A DNA stretch of 64,000 bases from an uncultured Nitrososphaeraceae archaeon. GTDB taxonomy: Archaea > Thermoproteota > Nitrososphaeria > Nitrososphaerales > Nitrososphaeraceae. The stretch covers positions 32,001-96,000 of the forward strand of contig CAVZZA010000004.1 in assembly GCA_963779615.1 (NCBI GenBank), given 5' to 3'. This document shows positions 52,333 through 63,495 of the stretch, one piece after another; position 1 is the first letter of the stretch; each line of letters begins with the position of its first letter. The notes beneath the pieces were generated by a model. It was given only the letters and a program-made list of their open reading frames with translations. It ran no database searches and was not told where the DNA came from. The translations under genes were made by a program, and so were the position numbers.

Positions 52333-53013
52333 TTACGTGTTGACAAAGTTGTAGTGATGCCATGTTGAGTAGGGATGAAACGTCCCTACACTTTTTTCAG
52401 AAGATCCATCATTTTTGATGATTGTAAACCCGGTCTTTAAATGCTCTTCAATGAATTCCAAAAACAATATGGAACTGGATATCCTTACAAAATGATTTGC
52501 CTGCTCTTCATCTTCCTTGTTTGACAACAGCTCATGGATCATTTTCTTTGATATTTCAGTCGGTTGGTATACCGTAACCACTATTGGGGTGTTAGAACTT
52601 TCAATTTTTTTTAAGAGAAGAAACAAAATATTGAGACTCTGGTGCCCTGCCGACTTGTGTTTTGATGCCTTTTTTCCTTCTCCTTCTTCATTGGATTTTG
52701 AGTTTTTTTTTATCTTTGAGAGGTTTAGCATATTCAAAGAATCCATCAATCCATTCAATGAATCAATTATTACAATTGAATTGCAGGATATTGTACTCAG
52801 TATTTCTTTGAATGCTTTGGCAATGTTTTCCACCCGGGGCAGGATAATCGTAAAGTCGGGAAAATCACTGCTGTCGAACTTTAGTGTTTTGGTATGAAGG
52901 TATGACGAAAACACCGTATCAAAGTCTACAAAAGAGATTTGTTTTTCTTTGGAACCCAAAAGCAGAGAAGATAAAAAATTAATCTTTCCATTTATGTTGT
53001 TAAAGTAAGCCAA
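52333..53013 (-). CDS. Hypothetical protein with a degenerate RecA/KaiC-like fold
   Basis: FVDFD and IVIIDSLNGL (Walker-B-like), PIVVT; no Walker A seen. Confidence 0.65.
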   Translation of the reverse strand: MAYFNNINGKINFLSSLLLGSKEKQISFVDFDTVFSSYLHTKTLKFDSSDFPDFTIILPRVENIAKAFKEILSTISCNSIVIIDSLNGLMDSLNMLNLSKIKKNSKSNEEGEGKKASKHKSAGHQSLNILFLLLKKIESSNTPIVVTVYQPTEISKKMIHELLSNKEDEEQANHFVRISSSILFLEFIEEHLKTGFTIIKNDGSSEKSVGTFHPYSTWHHYNFVNT

Positions 53014-53144
53014 ATTTATGCCCTTTGAAATGAGTGCAGGAAAATAATACGGGGAAGGGGGAGATGTGGAGAGTGGGGAGGAGGTACTTGAAAAATTATT
53101 GAATTAAAGACACCTTAAATATTCAATAGTTAATCCAATATTTA

Positions 53145-54431
53145 TTGCTAAATAGGGAAACGGCTACGGCAACAACGGCAACAAAGGCTACGGAGTTTGA
53201 TGACACTGAATTGAATGCTAGCATCAAAGGGGATTTTTTGATAACCAAAAAAAAAATCTATTTAAACAATGGGTCCATTGGTCCGGTTCCAGTTTCCACC
53301 ATTAAATCTATTACTGATTTTTACCTGAGATATTCAGAGCAGGGCCCTGATTCAAAGGAATTCAATGACTATCTGGACGATTTAAAAGGAGAGACTAGGA
53401 AAAGAGTGGCTGACTTGATAAACTGTGGCGATGATGAGGTAATCTTTACTCAAAGCACCACAGAGGGAATCAACTTTGTCACCAATGGATTGGCCTGGAA
53501 TAAAGGCAACAGGATATTATTGAGAAACCAAAAAAATGAACACTTTTCAAACTATTTACCTTGGATTAAGGTAGCCAGGGACAAGAACTTGAAAATAGAC
53601 AAGTTCCCCCATACCAATGATAAGGATGGCTTAATTTTAGAGGATTTAAAAGAATCGTTGGAATCTAACGCCCACAGGATTGTGGCCACAAGCCATGTCA
53701 TGTACAACGATGGTTCCATCACCCCTGTAGAAGAAATTGGAAGAATCATCAAAAACAAAAACAGAAAAACATTATTTTTAATAGACGGGGCACAGAGTGT
53801 GGGCGCTGTGGATGTGGATGTAAAAAAAATAAATTGCGACTTTTTAGCCTTTCCGGCCTTCAAATGGATTTGTGGACCTTTGGGAATTGGGGTGTTATAT
53901 GTAAACAAAGAGGTTATGGATGAAATTGAACCAGTGTTTGTAGGGGCGGGATCTGCAAAGGTTGAATTGCATAAAGAAAACAAAACAGCACCGTCCTCCA
54001 AAACAAAGGAAGATCTAAAATATTACAATTACCCTGAAAAATACCACCCCACATTTAGAAATTTTCCGGGTTTGGCCGGGCTTGAATCCTCGATAAGGTA
54101 TTTGCTTCGAATAGGGATGCACAACATTATCCAAAAAAACAAAAAGGTTTCAAATATTTTTAGGGAGGAAATAGCCAAAGTAAAGGATATCGTCATCCAT
54201 GAATCCCCTGAGGAAAATCTGCGTTCATCCATGGTTTGTTTTTCTTTTAGGAGGAACAATAACAGCACAGTCAAGGCGTTGGTTGAAAGACTGCAGGAAA
54301 AGGGGATAATATTGGCTGAGAGGGAGATTGGTTTAAAAAAGATTGCGAGAGCTTCCCCTCACTTTTATAACACACAAGAGGAAATAATCAAAACAGTAAA
54401 TGAAATGAAGTCTATTCTAAACAAAATGTGA
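53145..54431 (+). CDS. PLP-dependent class-V aminotransferase / C-S lyase-like enzyme
   Basis: YLNNGSIG, STTEG, EHFSN, SHV, DGAQSVG, FKWICGP, RASPHFYNT. Confidence 0.88.
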   Translation: MLNRETATATTATKATEFDDTELNASIKGDFLITKKKIYLNNGSIGPVPVSTIKSITDFYLRYSEQGPDSKEFNDYLDDLKGETRKRVADLINCGDDEVIFTQSTTEGINFVTNGLAWNKGNRILLRNQKNEHFSNYLPWIKVARDKNLKIDKFPHTNDKDGLILEDLKESLESNAHRIVATSHVMYNDGSITPVEEIGRIIKNKNRKTLFLIDGAQSVGAVDVDVKKINCDFLAFPAFKWICGPLGIGVLYVNKEVMDEIEPVFVGAGSAKVELHKENKTAPSSKTKEDLKYYNYPEKYHPTFRNFPGLAGLESSIRYLLRIGMHNIIQKNKKVSNIFREEIAKVKDIVIHESPEENLRSSMVCFSFRRNNNSTVKALVERLQEKGIILAEREIGLKKIARASPHFYNTQEEIIKTVNEMKSILNKM

Positions 54432-54457
54432 CATTTGGGTCCATGTTATCTGGGTGA

Positions 54458-54706
54458 TCATTGCTTTTCCCCCTGTCCCTCTATTACAATCATTGTAAGC
54501 GTTGAACGGACTTTATCTATTTTTCTTATGTTCCATGTAATAATTTCCCTTAGTTTATCCATATCATCGGATGAGATTCTCACAATTATATCATAGACCC
54601 CAAAAACACCGTTCACTTCTACTACTTCAGGAACTTGCTTGATTTTTTTTATTATTTCGCTTTCAGAACCTAAATCACAGTTTAATAATACATAGGCAGT
54701 TGGCAT
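54458..54706 (-). CDS. Stand-alone Lrp/AsnC ligand-binding (RAM) domain protein
   Basis: MPTAYVLLNCDLG...VFGVYDIIVRI...IRKIDKVRSTLTMI. Confidence 0.93.
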   Translation of the reverse strand: MPTAYVLLNCDLGSESEIIKKIKQVPEVVEVNGVFGVYDIIVRISSDDMDKLREIITWNIRKIDKVRSTLTMIVIEGQGEKQ

Positions 54707-54896
54707 GAGGAATTTAGTTTAATTAAATTATTAAACTTTTAGAAGCCTTTTTATATATTTTTTTGTTCTTTTCCAAAATTTTATAAATTACAGATAAAAT
54801 AAGAATTATCTTGGAAAAGATCAGGGCCGGTATGCTTTTTAAAAATGGTGTGGTATGCAAATAATTAATAAACCCTTGTAAAAAAATAATTTTAAA

Positions 54897-54980
54897 GCGG
54901 GGGTCGCCTAGCCTGGTAGGGCGTGGGATTGCTAATCCCATGTTCGAAAGAACTCGTGGGTTCGAATCCCACTCCCCGCG
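54897..54980 (+). tRNA. trnS: tRNA-Ser(GCT)
   Basis: GCGGGGG/TCCCCGC acceptor stem, TGGGA-TT-GCT-AA-TCCCA anticodon arm, long variable arm, GTGGG-TTCGAAT-CCCAC T arm. Confidence 0.97.
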
Positions 54981-55216
54981 CTTATCTTGGGAACTATGCA
55001 ATAATGTTAAAAATAATAAAAGCCAAGTTTCTCTTAGAAAAAAAGGGTTGTCTCACAAGCAAGAATATAACGCAGAACAAGACGAAACAGAGCATGATAC
55101 AATATTTAGAAAGACAGATTCCGTAACAAAAACCTGCACCAAAGCCTACTTTAACAAAATTCTAAAAAACCTTGCACAAGAAAGTCCTGAAAATGCAACA
55201 TAATTTGCGATTATAG
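54940..55216 (+). pseudogene. Probable N-terminal relic of a tRNA-overlapping tyrosine integrase
   Basis: Frame runs out of the tRNA (GFESHSPR) into RKTDSVTKTCTKAYFNKILKNLAQESPENAT/ICDY, which recalls Nitrososphaeraceae integrase N-termini; no catalytic domain follows. Confidence 0.6.
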
Positions 55217-55233
55217 TTTACTCTAGTTGTCAT

Positions 55234-55829
55234 TTACTTTACTTTTGTATTTTGGCTTATAAAGAATCTGTCTGTTTCCTGATCTATAAAAGCAAATATT
55301 ACAAATGTAGTGAAGTCCTTACCAATATCATCTTTATCTGGTACTTTAAACTCAGAATCATATACCTGTTCAAATTCGATTCTATCATCTTCATCAAACT
55401 CCCCTCTTACGATATCTTATGCTTACATCCTTATCTATAAGGTAAATTTCTCTTACTCCTGGATCATCGTCACACTCCAAAACATCACATCTAAAGTCTA
55501 AGTTTATGACATCTCCCCTTTCAGGCGTATCTTGCTATCTGATTCTTCTGAATGTGCTGTTTACTTAAACCCTTCAATATCTCCCTCGTCTTTCACAATC
55601 GACTTCAATTCTGTAATCTTTATGGTTTTGTACAATTACCTTGTTAGGGGCATCAAATTCATCTTTCTCATCATCACTACATTTGTCATTATCGTGGTTT
55701 TCATTATTGCCAACACCATCTGCATATGACTTCACAAAATCAAAATCTATTGATACTGTTGGATAACCGAGATTATCAGTATAGCTATGATGTCGATACT
55801 TTTATTTTCAAGTCGTATTGGCTTTTCAT
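55234..55829 (-). pseudogene. Decayed gene for an acidic, probably secreted protein
   Basis: Broken D/E-rich frames (SYADGVGNNENHDNDKCSDDEKDEFDAPNKVIV..., EFDEDDRIEFEQVYDSEFKVPDKDDIGKDF...) with several stops. Confidence 0.5.
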
Positions 55830-55954
55830 AATATTCAATTATATTTTTCATAATATTTAAAATTATTTAAAATTATCGTAAGATAGTCACAAGATGTGGG
55901 TAAATTATGCATATAAAAGATAATATTTATATATTTTTTCACTATTATATCAAT

Positions 55955-56374
55955 ATGTTTAGCATTGTTTTAGCATTGTTAGGATTGTCGGTATTGATGA
56001 CACTGTTAAGCCCAACTATTGCCTTTTCTTCAGAAGATGGCAATGGTGATCATGGAAAAGGATCAGATGTAGATATTCATGTCAACGTAGATTTTTCTAG
56101 TGGTGAGGATAAAAACTGTCTTAACAACTATGTTACTGTTTTCACAATTGAAAATTCAAAAGTACGGTTCACAGATTTTTGTGACACAGAGGAAGAGAAC
56201 GGTGACTTATCATTTGATTTTCAGCTTGGATCAATAGAGAAAGGACAGGTAATCAATGCATGCGCATTTGATGGCAATATACTAGAAGAAGATGGCAATA
56301 ATTTCGGAGGGGTTTGTGATTCCAAAAAGTACCGTGGACAAGAAGAGGTTAAATTTGAATTAGAGTGGAAATAA
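55955..56374 (+). CDS. Acidic secreted hypothetical protein with 4 Cys
   Basis: Signal peptide MFSIVLALLGLSVLMTLLSPTIAFS, beta-rich acidic body. Confidence 0.75.
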   Translation: MFSIVLALLGLSVLMTLLSPTIAFSSEDGNGDHGKGSDVDIHVNVDFSSGEDKNCLNNYVTVFTIENSKVRFTDFCDTEEENGDLSFDFQLGSIEKGQVINACAFDGNILEEDGNNFGGVCDSKKYRGQEEVKFELEWK

Positions 56375-57144
56375 CGATCCATAAATAATTTTTTCTATAC
56401 GGGCGGCCAATTTAATCAATTGCTTATCTATCTTATCAATTGGCATAACAATAGGTTAAAGATTTAAAAATCGAAAATACAGCATTTTATTTATGACCAA
56501 CATTAGAATGATTTATTCTATTATATAATTTTCATTGAACTATACAATTTAGAGCACTTTCGATCTTTGAACTATGTTATACTCAGCTATTGTATGGGTG
56601 TTTTTTTGATATTGCTGATTTTTTCTTTGCAAAGTTGACTCTAACTTTATCTACTACAAGTATTACCTTACAACAGAAAATAAATTGGATAAAATTGGAA
56701 GTTCGCGTGAGCATTATGAAAAATTAATAGACAACATGAGTTTACATGAATAATAAATTTTTTGTACATATCCACTCTGTTGTTTTTTTGACACCTCAAA
56801 TTTTTATGTGATATTTGATTCTAATACAAAGTGATTGTTTGTTAAAAAATGCAATACAACCACTCTAGCTCAATGATTTCAATCCTTCTCAGTCCCTTGA
56901 AAGCACCGCGAGAAAAAATCCATATAAGTTTTAATCATGTTTCAAGAAAATAGTTAACCAGTTATTTTTTTAATATAAATTAACAAAACAAAATCAGGTG
57001 ACAGTTTTGTTGACCATCTAACAGATCTCTCGATGTTAGTTCTTTATGATAGTCAACTATCGAATCCCATAGTTGACTAGGTAACTTGTATGATCAACAA
57101 TATATTAATTATCTAGTGTTGGTTTATAACATAAAATTATATCG

Positions 57145-57471
57145 ATGAACAAAGGTGAAGACTTAGAGGAAAAGAAATTGTTAGGTTCAGGTGGCTATGC
57201 TTTTGCCAAACTAACAGAGGAAGAGGAAGTCAAAGCCAGTCTCGGGATTAATAAAATATTTTTAGGAAGTGTAGGTAGATTAAATGAAGATAGGTTTTCA
57301 AAGTATTATTGCAATAGATGTGGAAAAGAATATTCAGATTGCCCAATAATAAGTTATGAAAACCCAAATGAAGAGGTAATAGGAGAAGGTATCATTATTA
57401 TTGAAACAGGAGAATACAAATGCAGAATATGCAACAATATAATAGCAATCTATCGTCAATTCAGTAAATAG
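57145..57471 (+). CDS. Zn-ribbon hypothetical protein
   Basis: YYCNRCGKEY...GEYKCRICN. Confidence 0.85.
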   Translation: MNKGEDLEEKKLLGSGGYAFAKLTEEEEVKASLGINKIFLGSVGRLNEDRFSKYYCNRCGKEYSDCPIISYENPNEEVIGEGIIIIETGEYKCRICNNIIAIYRQFSK

Positions 57472-57735
57472 CAAATAACATGATGCATTAAATCTACAAA
57501 TCAACATCTGGACACATTTTCTTTCTCCTGTCGCTTAAGTAAATGAACTTATTAAATTATTTCCTATGGTTTATACTTTTACTTTTTATTTCTTATTTGG
57601 AAGTGCTGCCAAAGCACTATTCTGCAATATTTGTTAAATTATTGTCCTTGATATGCTATCAGATTCAATTAATTGGATGGTGTTGCGAATTAACCTAAAA
57701 TAAATTCGTCATAGATGTAGGGGATGTCACATTTG

Positions 57736-57827
57736 CCTGTACTGTTATTTTCCATGCTCTTTTTTTGATGCATTTACTATAGAATACAAGTGTTGTTAAT
57801 TTGAAGAGGCAGAAATAACAGTACAGG
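57736..57827. repeat. Perfect 15-bp inverted repeat with 62-bp spacer
   Basis: cctgtactgttattt (57736-57750) / aaataacagtacagg (57813-57827). Confidence 0.85.
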
Positions 57828-58165
57828 AAACCCTGATATCCATGATAACCCTGGCATAAAAAATAGGTTTAATTTTCTTTCAATGATAAATAGCATTTAT
57901 CAATTAGTAAAAAATATGCTCCATCAGAATCTATGAGTTATATGCTTCATTAGGTCTGGTAGATTTTTATCATATCTTGTTGTCAAACAATCAATTTTGC
58001 AGTTCAATACCAGTAGCCGATTGGAGTTGCCTAGCCCATTTGGGAGTGGTATTTGAAACAGTTTGACTTTAACAAGGATTTGTCCATAAGAATTAAGGGA
58101 CAAAAACCCTGCTTTGGACTAAGCCTCAAAGGGATTGCGCAAAGTAAAATATCTTGGGACCGTAT

Positions 58166-58799
58166 TTATTCTAGTGTTAGGTTTCCAACAGGCTGAATAT
58201 TTGTAACACACACTACCTCAACATTGTTTTCCGAGTCAAACTTGGGCTCTAGTTTAAATGTTACTACTTTATCTATATTTTTCCCCATTTCAAATGCTAT
58301 AGGTACTATTGCTTAAGCTGCTGGTTGAATTAAAGTTCGTAGGAATTCCAGATAATTCCATGCTTTGATTGGATATGGAAACATTGCCTGGAGATTGGAG
58401 TGTCAAGTCCTTGACCTGAGGATTATTACCGCATTTACTACCATTGCTGTTATCAGATACCAACTTCACAAAGTGATTATGCCAAACGGGGTCACTTGCA
58501 TCCTTTTGTTGCAGGCTATCATAAACACCCATATGAGTCGTAGCTGCAATTACTGACTCAAATCCCTTATCTGAAATAATTGCAACACCCAATGCACCAC
58601 TCGAACCATTCTGATTTATTTCTTTTTCAGATTGCATACTCGAGCTTATTGCCCTATCCATTTTTTTTATTTTAGCGTCAGATAGAGTAAAATTTTCTGA
58701 TGATGCAAATGCAGATATCATCTCTGTATTTTGAAAAGAGATGCACATGATGAGAGTCAATGCAACTCCTGTTGAGTGCATTAATATGCTTTGATACAT
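58166..58799 (-). CDS. Secreted protein with TTH...DS...PVWHNH motif, +1 frameshift near 58293
   Basis: Signal-like N-terminus. Deleting one base extends the ORF with EMGKNIDKVVTFKLEPKFDSENNVEVVCVTNIQPVGNLTLE*. Confidence 0.72.
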
Positions 58800-60112
58800 T
58801 TGAAAACTCTAGGTAAGAATGGATTTATTAACCATGTTTCAATTCTCTAAAGACATTCTCATTAAAGAGAATTGTGGATTTAGTGACCTGTCTCCAATTA
58901 TAATACAATACTTTTGTTGTCTAATGATAAATCCAAAACTTTAAACTTTCTTTTAATTATGAAAAATGGTTTTGATTATTATCAATAAATAAGGTAAAAA
59001 AATAAAATGTTTATCGTTACTCAATGACAGATATTAGTATCAAAGAGACAATAAAGGAGTGATGGTAAGAATGCCAATGTCATTCCCAATAACGGTTACT
59101 CCTTTATTACCGTAGATATGAGTCCCAGTTTACTAACGTTCCAGTGTTTATGACTTGTCCAGGATTTGGCTTGAGTTAGGCTGCGCTTATTTTCTTGTGT
59201 CTATTTGGTTATTTGATAGACATAGTTAGGTAAGCCTAACAATAATATAAAGTTAGCCACAAGTCTCCATTGTTATAATACTGATATAAACCAGAAAAAT
59301 CATACGAATAAAATCAATTCTATAAAGATTTTGTTTATTTGTATGGTTCTGTTCACCCGAGGAAATACTTTTTCTCTGGGTATGTGACAGTGTTATTAAA
59401 CGAAAAAAATATTGTACTTATTCAAAGGTTAGTTTGAGGGGCATTTGTGTTCCATTTAAAGCATCAGATGGTGATGGGGTGGGAGAATATGTCTATAACA
59501 GATTGTCTCCTTTACATATATCAATACCTCTAGAGAATACTATAATCCCTATTGGGAAGAGTGACACATTTTTATATTTTTTGCTCTATAAATTAATTTT
59601 GAAATAAATTATATAGTGAGTATGGCATGTGATCAACAAACAAATGGTTTAACCGATATTCTAAATTCATCAAATAAATAAACTATTTTCAAAAAAACGT
59701 ATTTCTATCAATAGAATCAAAAATGAGAATAGATAGATTATAAATACTGCATATAGTAAATAATAATAAAGATATTCAGACTCATTTGAGTAAATTGGTT
59801 ACTCAAACAATAAGTAATAGAGGTTACATCCGTAGTAATGACAAAAACCTTTATTACTTTTTTAGCTCTTGTACCTTACTGTTCTTTTTGAACAATTGAC
59901 TATAACTCAATTTCTTATTAATGTTTATTCAAATAAGAACTAATTTCCTGTTTAATCGTTGAAGGAGGATTCATTTAATCTGTCATGCTAATCTTTGGGA
60001 CAGTTATAATCAAAATCATTTCCCAAGGGTTGGCTTTAAGCTGTTGTGAATTATACCCAGATATAATTTGAATTATGACCATGCCTCAACTAATTAAATT
60101 GAAATCTAGAAA

Positions 60113-60331
60113 GGCTTGATTGGTGGACTAACCCTATTTCTATATGGAACAATCCCAACGATACACCCACCTAATTTTGGCAGATTATAACCAGCCTATG
60201 AACGAATATTCGTAGTAAGGGCAATAATCGGGGGCTTGGTAATTGATAAAAAAACCGACAAATATAAAATCATCGGTGGAATTACTGTTCTCATAGGCGT
60301 TTCAATAATAATTTACTTTTTCATATCCTAA
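60113..60331 (+). pseudogene. ynfA: YnfA/UPF0060 (SMR-like) membrane protein pseudogene
   Basis: GLIGGLTLFLYGTIPTIHPPNFGRL*PAYERIFVV...IDKK/DKYKIIGG..VLIGV..I matches the FGRVYAAYGG family with a stop and a frameshift. Confidence 0.75.
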
Positions 60332-60725
60332 CTATCGTTCTTTTTTGTGTGATTAATTTTAGTAACTTTGTAATTTTTTAAAAGGTTATTATGGCAATAG
60401 CCAGCAATTAGTATGGGTTTCTGACTAATATTATGCAAACAATTTTTGAAGTCATGACATTGACATTAGTAAACGCATTAGGCAAAGTCATAAGAAAACC
60501 GCATTATTTTTATCAGGATAGTTGTAATACCGGATACAAGTGCCTATATTGAAATGAGTATAGCGCAACCCAATACTAATAGGAATTCCGAAAAAGTGAA
60601 TTATATGACATTACATATTCATTTAAATTTAAGAATTATGATGAACAAGGTTATGTTAACTTAGTCAGGATGAAAACTAAAGACATAGAAAATATTTATT
60701 ATTCAAGGTGCCTTTATATCTTCTT

Positions 60726-60944
60726 ATGTCTAAAACTACTACAAGTATAGGATGTACTCATTGTGGCCAAATGATTACAATAGGTTCGCCTGACCATACC
60801 CACACAGTAGCTACTCGTACAATGAGATGGGGTTTTGATATGTTTGACTATATTCCTATGAACGTAAAATGTACCAAATGTAATCAGAATAACTTTGTTT
60901 TATGGTATAGGTCGTCGTCAAATCCTTGGTTTAGATTTAACTAG
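60726..60944 (+). CDS. Zn-ribbon microprotein, paralogue of 5512-5673
   Basis: CTHCG...SPDHTH...IPMNVKCTKCNQNNFVLW. Confidence 0.8.
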   Translation: MSKTTTSIGCTHCGQMITIGSPDHTHTVATRTMRWGFDMFDYIPMNVKCTKCNQNNFVLWYRSSSNPWFRFN

Positions 60945-61231
60945 TTTTCTGGTAAAACATCCATCACATTTTTCATCTGTTTAGTGAAATCATAAAGTAC
61001 CTTTTGGCTTTTTTCTGTAATACTTGCAGATGCTTTTAACCTCTTACCATTTAACTCTGAATGACTTTTGACATCGCTCTGTTTCAAGGTTCTTAGATGA
61101 CTTGCCAGGTTACCAGCAGATATTTCTAAAATACAATACAGTTCGGCAAATCGTAATTCTTCATTCCTAAGATGATTGTAACAAATCATACATGAAGTGA
61201 TTTTTTCAGAATTTGAGTGGATTTTAATCAT
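60941..61231 (-). pseudogene. Degenerate winged-helix (ArsR/HTH_34-like) regulator
   Basis: LRFAELYCILEISAGNLASHLRTL...ITEK; wing and N-terminus look eroded. Confidence 0.6.
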
Positions 61232-63212
61232 AAAACAGTAAAAGCGTCAGCAAATGGCGAAGCCAACATCGAATTTACAAACCATGTGTCAAAAGATGGT
61301 GAACAAATTAACTGGATATTCACTAGCAAAAGAATAATAATAAAAACTGTTTTCAAGGAAAAATCATTACTAGGGAATATTCCTGCAATAATATTTTACA
61401 GTAAAGCAAAAGGGTTCAATGACCAAAGTTCTTACTTCCCACTAAATCATCCTCAAATGGAACAGGAGCAAGAGCAGGAAACGGAACAAAACAATACCTC
61501 GTCTGTTTCCATGTCCAGGGCGATTGCAACATCCCTAAAATCTTGCCCACTTTGAACAGTTTGAAGGCTCAAGAGTTTATGGATATGCCTTTACCAGACT
61601 ATTCTGAGTTCTCTTCTTCTCCCAGATAGTTTCTGATTATTATCTCGATGTCTTTAGGTGAGAAGTGTGCCCATCTTGGCTGCTATGTCCAATGTATTCT
61701 TTCCCTCTTCGGAGTTTGATTACAAGGTCCGCTTTTTGTTGTGGCTTTAAATTCTTTAGACACCCATACACATAGCCAATAAATCTAAAAGGTTTTGATT
61801 CCTTGATTTTTAATGCCAATTTTATGACGCAGTTGATGGACCTAATAACCTCCAATGCCAGTGTGGAGTGATTTGTGTAAGTATGCAAGCCTCATTCAAG
61901 TAAACCCTTTCATATATAGAACTAGGGTGGTATCTCTGCCTTGCCAGCAGCCAAACTACCAGCAACAAAGATACCTTGGCGATAAAAGAGGTTGCTGAAG
62001 GCACTAAACAAGTACTCCTATGTTAGATTTCATTCACTTTTGAATCGCATCCCTAAGGACCCGTCATCCATCGGGTTCAAATAATTTTTCATTTCCAATT
62101 ACCATAGATGGGAAGGAAGGAGACATTTTTTACCTGGAGTTAACAACGAGCATCACAAACAGATAGAGGAGAAGTCAAAGAAACAAGTTGACCGAGAGCG
62201 ACACCGGAATTCTCATTGTCTGACCAGTGTTGACACGACAGAAGGCTACAAAATGGGCTGCCCAGGGTCTTGACAGAATATCCGGAATAGCCTTGTGGTC
62301 TTTTTTAGCCACTGAAAAACATGATGGAGCAGGGAGCTGCTGCTGCTGCTGCCTCCTTTCAGCAATTTGTTGCCAACAGCATGGTACTTTCCTCATCCTG
62401 TTTTATGTACACTATCACCATGCCTCCTCTCAATATGTACGCGCATGATGGTATTTCCTGCTGCCTACTCTTGGATTATGAATGACCGCTGTGTGAGGCA
62501 CCCGCCAAGTATGAGCATCGATCGTCAAAGCAAACGTGGATTGTCTAGATCTCACTCTTCCACGCGAACAAACACCTCCACTTGAATTCCAGGGTGAGGG
62601 GCCTTCGCTTTGGGGTTGCGACGTAACCGTTGTGGGCGTCAAAGGCAGAAAATGCCTCTGTGAGGCAGGGTATGCCTTTCAAAATAAAGGAAAACCCAAC
62701 CATTGCCAAAATGTTTATATATATAAGTATGGGAGGAAGTTGTGTATTTTTATACACCAATGCCCGAGTAATTACCTATTATATATCTATGACTAGAACA
62801 TATATAACGGAATACAGGGAATAGGGCAGGCTTTTGACAAAATCATTCGTTTAGGGATGGGGCGTTTTCTATTGCTACTCACATAGCCCCCTTCCCGGGG
62901 CTGACACAGCATTTTTGGACCTGGCATTCGAAATCCACTCGCCTTGGAGGCAGCAGCAGACCATGCCGCAACTGGTTTGGAGCTGTGATACAGTTATGGT
63001 TGTAAAACTGATCTTTCTGCAATGCACAACATCGACGATGCGGTGGCCGAGAATTTGCATTACTGCTGCAAAAACTTAGGCAAGGCAAGCCCCACTTGCA
63101 AAGATAGCCTGCCTTCAATCCCGGTGACTACCGTATGTGGGTCACTTTCATCGGTAGTGAGTATTATCCATAGCCCCGGCCAAGTGTCTGTCCGAAGATC
63201 CTTCTATTTACG

Positions 63213-63495
63213 TCATACTCTACCGACGAACATCTCAATGCTGGTGATGAGACTGCTGTCTTCTAAGGCGAGGAGTGTGGAGGCTTTGGGGACTTCATCA
63301 GGGATCCCCATCCACCCCAGCGGCGGCGCAGTGATAACGTTGTTTGCCTTTAACTGCTATCTTGGTTCCCCTTTGGATCCATACCGCCGGTCGTCGGTGT
63401 GTCTATCGAACCGGGGCTTAAGGCGTTGACGCGGATCCTGCGCTTGAACACTTCAAACGGGCCAACCGTCGGCACGGGGCGAGATAATGAAAGAA
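63213..63495 (-). pseudogene. C-terminal fragment of a short-chain dehydrogenase/reductase
   Basis: RRIRVNALSPGSIDTP, then after a frameshift PLGWMGIPDEVPKASTLLALEDSSLITSIEMFV. Confidence 0.8.

Noticed and set aside
3528-54274. Numerous short antisense ORFs inside long genes
   Set aside because: Shadow frames of well-supported genes on the opposite strand.
54723-55126. ORFs 54723-55001 and 54923-55126 overlapping tRNA-Ser; ORF 34785-34967 overlapping tRNA-Phe
   Set aside because: Translations of tRNA sequence.
61217-62090. ORFs 61217-61555 and 61640-62004; a GIFVAGSLAAG nucleotidyltransferase-like word
   Set aside because: Fragmentary, with no downstream DxD motif; no family can be assigned.
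62175-63200. Many overlapping 60-135-aa ORFs in the GC-richer tail
   Set aside because: No recognisable motifs; expected by chance at higher GC or as pseudogene debris.
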